Below, one piece after another: positions 18,659 through 27,600 of a stretch of 64,000 nt of DNA (position 1 is the first letter of the stretch; each line of letters opens with the position of its first letter). The position numbers were made by a program, and so were the translations under genes. Source of the DNA: Phormidesmis sp. (GTDB lineage: Bacteria > Cyanobacteriota > Cyanobacteriia > Leptolyngbyales > Leptolyngbyaceae); the NCBI GenBank assembly GCA_965248535.1, contig CBDFJR010000002.1:512001-576000 (forward strand), given 5' to 3'. Under the pieces are notes generated by a model that did no database searches, was not told the DNA's origin, and was given only the letters and a program-made list of their open reading frames with translations.

Positions 18659-21190
18659 ATGGACGCAAACGGCCTGCGATTTTGGATGTTGGCAACTGCC
18701 GACCAGTGGACGAGTGTCAAGGATCTGCCGCCGCTTGAGTATGATCAGCCGTGTCAGCGCTTGCGTCTCGCCAGTGAGCGCCTTTTGCCGCCGTGGAGTC
18801 AGTCAACCTCTGAGCAAACGTCAGATACAGCGCTTTCTCGCTTAGAGCAGGTGCCGCAAACTTTGGATGGCTATGGCACACGAGCTTTTTGGGAGCCAAC
18901 ATCCGGCAAGATTTTGGCGACGGGCGCTCTGCCGCGATCGGTGCCCATTTTTACGCCCGAAGTGGGGAATCCGCCCACCGATTTGGCGATGGGTTACGAC
19001 GGCATTCTCTATATAGCGTTGCGATCGGGTGCCATCGTGCTGGTAGATCGCCGCGATCGCTGGTTGCCGATCACCCTCCAAACCGACGGCTTTAAAGCTT
19101 GGAGATTGGCGGCCGATCCGGCTGGAGGGGTTTGGGTATTGGATCGCGACGATCGCCAATTGGGAAAAGTGCTAGGCGTTCCCTTTCCGACCCAGCCCGC
19201 CGGAAAGTATGCTGACGATATTTTTCGCCCCTGTGATGAGAATCCCAATCCGCCCCGTTTAGTCGTTTGGCCAACGTCGAGCCTGCCCAGCGATGAAAAA
19301 TGGGTGGCGATCGCCACGAATCCCGACGGACATCTAGCATTGCTCACCTGGTTAAACGATGGAACGCCCAGAGTTCGCACGTTGCAATCTCACCAGTGGA
19401 CTGCTCCGATCGCTCTGATGGGCTGTCGCTATCCCTTTAGTTTGAGTTGGGTAGCGGTGGATCGAATCGCCGTTCTCGTCAGTGATTTGTTAACCGAGGC
19501 TCCCGTTTATGCCATGCCCAAACTGGCTATCGGTCAAGCTGAGGCGACCCAAGTGCAGCCTGTGGGCGATCTTTACCCGTTGCATGATCATACGGGCAAT
19601 CCTTTTTTACACGGCTTGAGTTTGCCGCCTCACTACCCAACTGCGATGGCAAGCGCGCCGCTTTATCCCCTTTCGCTGCCGTCTTATGCGCGTCAGGGAA
19701 CCGCGATTAGCGCTGGGCGCAACTCCGAAGGAACCGCTCCGACCCCTTTAGACAGTGGCAGTTTGCAAACCGAGTGGCATCGGCTCTATTTAGAAGCCGT
19801 TATTCCCGCTAAGGGTGAGATTCGGGTAGATTTAGCGGCGACCGATCAGCCGACCTTGCCCGATCAGCCGGAGTGGTTTGAGCATTGCTTTGGGGCAGTT
19901 CAATCGTCGGGTCTGCCCTGGGGCGCTTGGGTGTCTGCGCCGTCTGAGATTCCGTTTCATCCTGGTTTGTTGAGCGAGCGGGAAAAAGACCGATCGGGCT
20001 TATTTACGGTGCTGATTCAGCGGCACGATCGCCGGGTCAGAACGCTGCAAGGACGCTATCTCTGGGTGCGAGTGCGGATGGTTGGCGATGGGCGCACGAC
20101 TCCAGAATTAGCAGCGCTGCGCGTTTATGGATCACGATTTTCTTATGTTAATCACTATTTACCCGAACTTTATCGTGAAACCGTGTTCGGCAGCGATCGT
20201 GATGCTGTTACCGCCGCGACTCCGGCTGACTTTTTAGAGCGATTTTTAGCTAACTTTGAGGGAATTCTCACTCCCATTGAAGATCGTATTGCTAATAGTC
20301 ATCTTCTCACCGATCCTCGCACGACTTCTGAAGACGCGATCGAGTGGTTAGGAAGTTGGATCGGCATCACGTTTGATCCGGCTTATTCGTCGGCTCGTCG
20401 TCGCCGTCTAATCGAGGCTACGCCTTCACTCTATCGTCATCGCGGCACCTTACTGGGATTGCAGCAAGCCCTCGATATCGCCACCGATGGAGCCGTGAGC
20501 CGAGGCGCGATCGTCGTCTTAGAAGATTTTCGACTGCGCCGCACCTTTGCCACGATTTTAGGAGCCGATTTAGCCGACGAAACCGATCCCCTGCTGGCCG
20601 GATTGGTGATTAGCGGTAATTCCTATGTGGGAGATACGCTGTTTTTGGGTGACGACACGCGGCAGGAATTTTTAGCCCTATTTCGGGCAGACATTGAGAC
20701 AAATTCGTTTAAAAAACAGGCTGAAGAAACGGCGATCGCGGCATTTTTTGATCAGTTAGCCTATCGCACTACCATTTTTGTCCATTCAGAAGTCACGCCC
20801 CAGGATTTGGGCTTAATTCGTCGCGTCGTTGAGCTAGAAACCCCGGCTCACGTTTTGTCTCGCGTCGTGTCTGCGAGCAGTGCGTTAATGGTCGGCGTTG
20901 CCTCGCTGGTGGGCGTTGACACCTATCTCAGCGCTAAACCCAAGCCCCAGGCGGTTGCCCTCAACAAAAGTCAGGTAGGAGTGCGCGATCGCGTGCTGCG
21001 TCCTGCCAGTCTTGATCCCCGTTTAGAAGGAGGCATTGATGAACTTGAATCCGTTTCGCCACCCCCGATCGCGCTGCTTAAATCACGCCCGATCGCCGAG
21101 TTTGGACAGTCGTTTCAGCTAGATGGCAATCAGTCTCAGGCTTTCGACGGCCACACGATCGTGCACTACAAATGGACAAAATTACAATAG
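18659..21190 (+). CDS. Baseplate wedge / phage tail protein I-like protein with beta-rich N-terminus and C-terminal half-PKD
   Basis: YLPELYRE, FLERFLANFE..LT.IED.I, WLGSWIG, LYR.RGT..GL and ETPAH motifs. The C-terminus resembles the first half of a PKD domain. Confidence 0.85.
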   Translation: MDANGLRFWMLATADQWTSVKDLPPLEYDQPCQRLRLASERLLPPWSQSTSEQTSDTALSRLEQVPQTLDGYGTRAFWEPTSGKILATGALPRSVPIFTPEVGNPPTDLAMGYDGILYIALRSGAIVLVDRRDRWLPITLQTDGFKAWRLAADPAGGVWVLDRDDRQLGKVLGVPFPTQPAGKYADDIFRPCDENPNPPRLVVWPTSSLPSDEKWVAIATNPDGHLALLTWLNDGTPRVRTLQSHQWTAPIALMGCRYPFSLSWVAVDRIAVLVSDLLTEAPVYAMPKLAIGQAEATQVQPVGDLYPLHDHTGNPFLHGLSLPPHYPTAMASAPLYPLSLPSYARQGTAISAGRNSEGTAPTPLDSGSLQTEWHRLYLEAVIPAKGEIRVDLAATDQPTLPDQPEWFEHCFGAVQSSGLPWGAWVSAPSEIPFHPGLLSEREKDRSGLFTVLIQRHDRRVRTLQGRYLWVRVRMVGDGRTTPELAALRVYGSRFSYVNHYLPELYRETVFGSDRDAVTAATPADFLERFLANFEGILTPIEDRIANSHLLTDPRTTSEDAIEWLGSWIGITFDPAYSSARRRRLIEATPSLYRHRGTLLGLQQALDIATDGAVSRGAIVVLEDFRLRRTFATILGADLADETDPLLAGLVISGNSYVGDTLFLGDDTRQEFLALFRADIETNSFKKQAEETAIAAFFDQLAYRTTIFVHSEVTPQDLGLIRRVVELETPAHVLSRVVSASSALMVGVASLVGVDTYLSAKPKPQAVALNKSQVGVRDRVLRPASLDPRLEGGIDELESVSPPPIALLKSRPIAEFGQSFQLDGNQSQAFDGHTIVHYKWTKLQ

Positions 21191-21284
21191 TGGAGGTAAT
21201 AGAAACTACTACGCGGACTGAAATGCAAACTGGACAGTTCTTGATTGCAATCGATAAATTTTATAAATTCCTCAGGAGACTCTC

Positions 21285-21677
21285 ATGGCAGAAGCAGAAC
21301 TCAAACTTAATACGCCCGTCGAAACCACCGATCCCGTTTTAGTGGTCAAAGTCGATCCCGCTAATCCCTTATCCAACGGGGTGCACCGATTTCAGCTAGT
21401 CGTCGTCGATGACTCTGGCAATGAGTCAGATCCGGCGATCGTAGAAGTGATTATTCGCGACACGCAGCGACCCACGGCGGTGATCGATGCTCCCCAAACC
21501 GCCGAAACGGGACAGAGCTTTAAACTCAGTGGCGAACGATCGAGCGATGTGGCTCCCGGCAAAGTCGTTAAATATACCTGGACGATGATTCCGATTATTG
21601 AAAGACCGCCGATCCGACCCACGCCGCCGCTCACGCCGCCGATTATTCCGGTGCCGATTCGTCCTCCGATTCAATAG
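21285..21677 (+). CDS. Circularly permuted PKD/Ig-like protein with Pro-rich tail
   Basis: GVHRFQLVVVDDSGNES followed by PTAVIDAP....GQSFKLSGERSSD..GKVVKYTW; aggag RBS. Confidence 0.75.
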   Translation: MAEAELKLNTPVETTDPVLVVKVDPANPLSNGVHRFQLVVVDDSGNESDPAIVEVIIRDTQRPTAVIDAPQTAETGQSFKLSGERSSDVAPGKVVKYTWTMIPIIERPPIRPTPPLTPPIIPVPIRPPIQ

Positions 21678-21681
21678 CCCT

Positions 21682-21855
21682 ATGCCAACCTTTGAGCCGC
21701 AAAAACCGATCGTTACCGCTACCCCGATCGTGGTCGTCGATGCCAGCCTCGCGCCGGGTCGCTATCGCTTTCAGCTAGTGGTCGAAGACGATGCCGGAAA
21801 CCAAAGTCAGCCGACCGAGCAAATTGTTGTCATCAATCCCCCCAGGATTCGCTAA
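21682..21855 (+). CDS. 57-aa half-PKD protein, paralogue of the first half of 21285-21677
   Basis: MPTFEPQKPIVTATPIVVVDASLAPGRYRFQLVVEDDAGNQSQP. ATG at 21682 lies within ORF-track ORF 21598-21855. Confidence 0.75.
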   Translation: MPTFEPQKPIVTATPIVVVDASLAPGRYRFQLVVEDDAGNQSQPTEQIVVINPPRIR

Positions 21856-22724
21856 TGAGCACTTTTAAACCCCCCGATCCCCTAGCGGCTGCGCCTCTCT
21901 CGCCCGATCGCGTCTATTACGCAACTGGCGTTTCTCTCGACGCAGAAGACTTTTTGGCAGAGCAACTCTATCACCGCAGCCGCCTAGCCCGCGCTCTGTT
22001 CTATCTGCATGGCAGCGGCACCGCCGCCGGGCTGCGCGTTGATTGGAACAAAGCCTTAAAACCAGGAGACGATCCCAAGTTTCCTCAAGGGCGTGACGAA
22101 GAAATTGTCGTGCAGCCCGGCTTGGCGATCGACCGACTCGGACGATTAATTGAGCTTCCGCGATCGGCGTGCATTCGCGTTGATCGCTGGTATCAATCCC
22201 AAATTGCCGATGAGTTAACCAAAGGGTTTCATCTCGATCGGGGTGGCATTGTCGTGGATGTGTTTGTGCGATTCCTATCCTGTGAGCGCGGCAAAACTCC
22301 AGCGTTTGCGGCGGGGGCATTTGATGCGTTAGATGCAGTGATTCCGTCTCGGTTGCGAGATAGTTACGAATTGACCCTCGTGACTCGTCAAGAAGCCAGC
22401 GCCGATCTCAATCAACATCTGCCTCAAAACCCTTGGGGCGATTTTGGCACGGGCGATCGCAAGGCTGCTCTGCAAACCGCCATTCTCAACGCCTGGCACG
22501 AAGGCTCTGACCAGTGGGATAAAACCGGACTCAAGCCCCTGCCAGAACACGCCATCGGTCAAGATCCCACGGCGCTTTTTCTGGCTCGACTCGTGGTGCC
22601 TGCGGCGGCAGCCCTGCCAGAACAACGCCCCGTTCGCACCGCAGATGCCACGATCGTGCCCGACAATTCTCAGCGATCGTTTGTCTACGCGGCTGGGGCG
22701 ATCGCTCGTTGGTTAGCGCTCTAA
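21855..22724 (+). CDS. CIS fibre/crown-like protein 1
   Basis: DRVYYATGVSLDAEDFLAEQLYHRSR...HGSGTAAGLRV...VQPGLAIDRLGRLI baseplate-attachment-type motif. Confidence 0.7.
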   Translation: MSTFKPPDPLAAAPLSPDRVYYATGVSLDAEDFLAEQLYHRSRLARALFYLHGSGTAAGLRVDWNKALKPGDDPKFPQGRDEEIVVQPGLAIDRLGRLIELPRSACIRVDRWYQSQIADELTKGFHLDRGGIVVDVFVRFLSCERGKTPAFAAGAFDALDAVIPSRLRDSYELTLVTRQEASADLNQHLPQNPWGDFGTGDRKAALQTAILNAWHEGSDQWDKTGLKPLPEHAIGQDPTALFLARLVVPAAAALPEQRPVRTADATIVPDNSQRSFVYAAGAIARWLAL

Positions 22725-22778
22725 ATCTTCTATTTTGTCTGTTTTAAAAGACAGTGACCCGCTACCCCCTTACGCCTT

Positions 22779-24668
22779 ATGTTTACTCAAGGTTCTTCTC
22801 GCTCTCGCGTTGACGCTGCCGAACTCGCCGCCATGATTCAGGCAGGAACGGTAATTCTCGACGATCGCCGCACGCGCCCATTCTATTTTGATGGTCGATT
22901 TTTAACGGCGAAAGATCTCACCCGCGACCAAAACTACTTTCTGACCCGACAGACCGATCTGGCGCGGGCGAGTGGGTTTGGCATTGTGCAGGGTCTGTTG
23001 GTCAAGCGTCCGCCTAGCAATGCTGCCAGCGCCATCTATATCGAAGCGGGGCACGGAGTCACCCCCGGCGGCGAACTGGTGGTTTTGCCCCAATCGCGCA
23101 CGGTTAACCTAGTAGACATTCCTGAGATTCAGCGCTTAGATGCGGCGTTTGGGCTGGCTCCGGTGCCGCGAGAATCGGCTCGAAATGCGTCTGGGTTGTT
23201 TGTGATTGCGCTGCGATCGGTGGAATACACTGCGAACCCGATCGCGTCTTATCCGACCTCGCTGACGGCACCCCGATCGGTGAATGATGGCGACATTATC
23301 GAGGCGGTGGCGATCACGCTGATTCCCTATGCTGACAGCGGCGGTGGCGGATTAGAGGCGCGGAGATCGCGGGTGGCACGAGATATTTTTGTCGAAGGAT
23401 CGGTGCGCGGGTTGCCTGCCAATGCGCTGCCCCTGGCGATGGTGGGCTTAAATCGCGGCGTGGTCGAGTGGATTGATCCCTATTTGGTGCGGCGAGAAGT
23501 GGGGGCCGAGCAAAAAAGTCTGTTGAGCTTTGGGGCAACCCCTCGCGGTCTGCGAGAAGCCTATGTGCAGCAATATGATCAGCAGTTGCAGGAGGTGTTG
23601 CAGTCGCGCAGCCAGAGCAATCAAGGGCGACGATTTAGCGCCACCGATTATTTTGCGGCCTTGCCTCCGGCGGGTCAGATGCCCAGCGCCACGATCGACC
23701 CCACGAATTTCACGCAGATCTATTTTCCCTCCACGGTGGATGTCAGTCTCTCGCTGGTGCCCTCTGATGAGTTGGCGGCCCTGGTTGAGGAGAGTCTGCT
23801 GTTGCCCCCGATCGATCTAACAATGACGAACGAAGCCCTCGATTCCGTCGGCGTTTTGGTGTTGATGCCCGTCAATCGTCAACAGTTTCAGCAATTGCAG
23901 GGGACTCTGAGCAGCCTGACCCGATCGCTGCCTGCGGTCGCTCCCGGATTGGTGGCAAAACGCACGCCGCTGCTGTCATTGCAGCAGATTCGGCTGCCCC
24001 GATCGCCGATCCCGATCGTCAATCCTCAAGAGTTGGTTGATGCAGAATGGCGCAAAGCCTTAGCGAGTTCAGATCTACTCTGGTTTATTCGCAGACGCAA
24101 CTTGCCCTATCACGCGACAAATGTTGGATTTAATATTCGCATTGTGACCAATGAAGTGATCACTGAACGAAATTTAGTCACGACGCTCAATCAAGCAGGA
24201 TTACTCAGTCGGGTAAACACGATTAGAAACACGGCAACCGCCGCAGCGAATGCAGATGTGACATCGCTATTGAGTTCTCCAAAACTCACAGGTTCCAAAC
24301 TGCTGTTGAGCGGTGCGATTAAAGAATTAGAAGCGGCAAAAACCAATGACACTTCTACTGATCAGCCATCAGAAAAACTCGATCAAGCCGGAGTGCTGCA
24401 AGTCTCTAATCGCTTTGGTGATCCTAAGCTGGGAGAAGGAATTCTGCGGTTAGAGGCGACCAATTCTCAGCTAAAAGATGACACGATCGCGGCCACTGTT
24501 GCCCAATCTGGCACCATTCCCGAACTCGATCGCTTGTCGAGTCAGCTTTCAGACACAGAACTGCGAACGTTTTCATCCCAATTAACTGACGTTGCCAGAA
24601 CCAATCCCAGCGGCGTTGGCAATTTGATTAAAACGACTTTAAACAACCGATCGGGAGGGCTGCGATAA
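22779..24668 (+). CDS. CIS fibre/crown-like protein 2
   Basis: RPFYFDGRFLTAKDLTRDQNY...GFGIVQGL.V...IEAGHGVT.GGE, the same N-terminal module. Confidence 0.7.
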   Translation: MFTQGSSRSRVDAAELAAMIQAGTVILDDRRTRPFYFDGRFLTAKDLTRDQNYFLTRQTDLARASGFGIVQGLLVKRPPSNAASAIYIEAGHGVTPGGELVVLPQSRTVNLVDIPEIQRLDAAFGLAPVPRESARNASGLFVIALRSVEYTANPIASYPTSLTAPRSVNDGDIIEAVAITLIPYADSGGGGLEARRSRVARDIFVEGSVRGLPANALPLAMVGLNRGVVEWIDPYLVRREVGAEQKSLLSFGATPRGLREAYVQQYDQQLQEVLQSRSQSNQGRRFSATDYFAALPPAGQMPSATIDPTNFTQIYFPSTVDVSLSLVPSDELAALVEESLLLPPIDLTMTNEALDSVGVLVLMPVNRQQFQQLQGTLSSLTRSLPAVAPGLVAKRTPLLSLQQIRLPRSPIPIVNPQELVDAEWRKALASSDLLWFIRRRNLPYHATNVGFNIRIVTNEVITERNLVTTLNQAGLLSRVNTIRNTATAAANADVTSLLSSPKLTGSKLLLSGAIKELEAAKTNDTSTDQPSEKLDQAGVLQVSNRFGDPKLGEGILRLEATNSQLKDDTIAATVAQSGTIPELDRLSSQLSDTELRTFSSQLTDVARTNPSGVGNLIKTTLNNRSGGLR

Positions 24669-27600
24669 TGGACGTGAATCCGATTAAAAAATCGCTCAAC
24701 GGTGAGCATATTGTGGATGTCTCTCCGCCCATGCAGCCCGATGCTAATTTAGGCTGGCAGCGTCGCCTTAATTTGTATTCTGGACGGGCCCTCAGCGATC
24801 GGGCTTTAATCACCGAACAACAGGGACGATCGGGCATTTTGGCAACGCGGGGACAGTTGCTCTCTCCGGGCGTGATCACGGGGCTAGAAGTCGATCTAGA
24901 ACAACCGGATTCAACCCATTATCAGATTGCGGCGGGCACAGGTGTGACGGCAATGGGCGAAGATGTCTTGATCCCTAGAACGCTGAGAGTGGCGGCGCAG
25001 GATCTTCGAGTCTATGCGGCGGCGGCGATTTTAGACGGAGCAACGCCAGCGCCAACGCCAACGCCAACCGGAATCTTAACGCCGCGAAAATTAGGGAAAA
25101 CGCTAGGAGAATTAATCACTAACGGCATTGCTGCGACACTGCCACGAGTCGGAATCCTAGTCCTTCAGCCGATCGTAGCAGAACTAGTCGGACGCAACGA
25201 CCCCAAAGATTCCTGTGAGACAGATCCCCAAAATGATGCCTTTGAAGATTGGCAAATTGTGGATGGCTGCCGCCTAGTGCTCTATCCTTGGGCTTCTGAG
25301 TGGCTGGCACTGCCCGAAGCAGGCGATCTCACGCCTCCAACCGCCCTGGGACGGTGGCGAAATCGGTTAGCTTACACAATTTTTAGTGCTGAAAAAGCCA
25401 ACACGCCTGATCAGCTATTGCCCTGGGAACAGGTCGGAGTGCCGATCGCGCTGGTCGGATTTGATGCCGCCTGGAAGCCGTTGTTTAGCGATCGCTACTC
25501 TGTGGTGCGGGCTGGCGGTCTGCCCAAACGTCGCCATCCGCTAGTTGCCAATGCAGGAAGTCCATTTTTGTGGCAGGCGCGAGTTCAGCAGTTTGCCGAA
25601 CAGCTATCAGAGCTTGACCTGGCAACGGTTTCGATCTCGCAAGTGGCCGACCAATTTCTCTCGTTGCCGCCCGTGGGAATCTTGCCTACATCCGCGATCG
25701 AGGTGCGATCGTCCAATCCCAGCTTGGGGCAAAATCACTTCTTCCCCAGTTCTTATCAGATTCAAGCGGCTCCCGTTCCCCTAGAACAACTGGATGCTGT
25801 TTTAGAATCGAGTGCGTCCCTCGTGCCCTTTGATGTGTCTAAACCCGATCAGGTGCAGGTTTTAGTGCCCGTTCCGCAAGCGTGGTATGAGCCTGATTTG
25901 CTCAAAACAGAAGCCGTCGATTCGGAGTTTCAGCGCACGATCGATCAGATGGTGATTCGGCGATCGCAATGGCTCAATCGTCGCACGATCGTGCGATCTC
26001 GCAACACGCTGATTGCTCAAGCGATCACCGGAACTGCGCCAGACTATGCCGACCCCGATCGCTTAGAAGACGAACTCGCCCAGCCGCCCACACCGTTCAC
26101 TAGCACTCGCGCTCACCAATCCAATTTAGCCTCTGGGCTGCATCAACATTTTTTTGATGGCGCAACCGCCGGATTGGTTGTCGCGACGGGCGATCGCTTG
26201 ACCACCTATATTTACCTCGATCCTGATCATCCGCCCCGCGAAATCATGGTGCAGTGGAACGTCGGCGGAAGCTGGGAGCATCGCGCCTATTGGGGTGAAA
26301 ACTTACTTAATCTCGGCATTGCCGGAACCGCCAGCCGTCAATTTTTGGGAACACTGCCCGCGATCGCATCCTGGGTGCGGTTAGAAGTGCCTGCCAGTCT
26401 GGTCGGGCTAGAAAACACAACCGTCACCGGACTCTCCTTCACGCTCTATGATGGTCGCGCCGCTTGGGGACACACGGGCAAATCGGCGATCGGTGCTCTG
26501 CCCGCCAACGACACAGTTTGGGTGGGCGACACGCTGCCAGCCGGAGCAACGCCGCGCACTAACAACGATGCTTGGACGTGGATTCAAGATGCTGAGTTGC
26601 TCACGCCTTTTGAAGAAGATTTTGCCACCGCCGTTGCCAACAATGTCAGAGGCGTTACGCCCTTGCAAACGTTGAACAGTCAACTCGCCGCGCAGCTTCC
26701 CGCCGAAGCCAGCCAACTCACCACGCTGGGACTCGAACGGTTTATCGCTCTTCTTGACACCAAAGTTAAGCAAGCCAACGATCGCATCGACTTCCACTTT
26801 TTGCGAGTGCAAACCGATATTTATCGAATTCGTCAGTTTGTGTTGGGCACCGCTCAAGCGGCTCGATTGGCCACGTCTCCGACACTGGCGGCGATCGCTG
26901 AAGGCGGTCAAAGTGCCCGCGTCACGCAAGAGCAGCTAAACACCTTCTTTACTCGTGCCAAGTCTACCGCGTCAGTTCCGGTGGGTGCAACATCTCCAAG
27001 TTTCACCATTTTGGCGGCAGAAAATGTCCAGTTTGCGGCGGCTCCCCGCAAGGCAGCATTGGTCGAACCCCTGTTCACGCAGACCGCTTTCACTAACTTT
27101 AGTGATGTCGGGTTTGCAAAAACCTCCGCCTTTGAACTCAAACAAACCCAAAACACTCAAACTCGCATCGGGGTGATCAATGAGCAAACGGCTGATAACA
27201 CAGAGCTATTTGCTTCTAAACAAGTTTTTCAGCCCAGCGCTGTTGACGTGTTAGAACAGTCGCCCTTGGTCGGTGCCGCCAGTCGCACTGTGACAGTTGC
27301 CGAACGGCTGCAAGCCTCTGCCTCAGTCGAAGCCAGAAACTTCACCCTGTCGAGTCGGGCAGACACGATCGAGAGTCTCGCTGATCTGGGGGTCGATCTC
27401 GGTGAGGTGAGCATTCCGGGCACTACGTCTAAATTCAAAGACGTGAATGCCGCGCTGCTCAAGCAGATTCGGTTAGGCGACACGCTGACCAGCACCGATG
27501 AATCCGCGCAGTTTTCCGATGGGGTGAAAGTGTTAGACAACACGGTTGCCGCGCTGCGATTGGCAGAAGGACGGGTGCAAGATTATCGCACGGCGATCGT

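Noticed and set aside
21241..21269. Internal sigma70 promoter TTGATT-N17-TAAATT before the permuted-PKD gene
   Set aside because: The implied start site would fall on the RBS, and AT-rich chance matches are likely; unsupported without TSS data.
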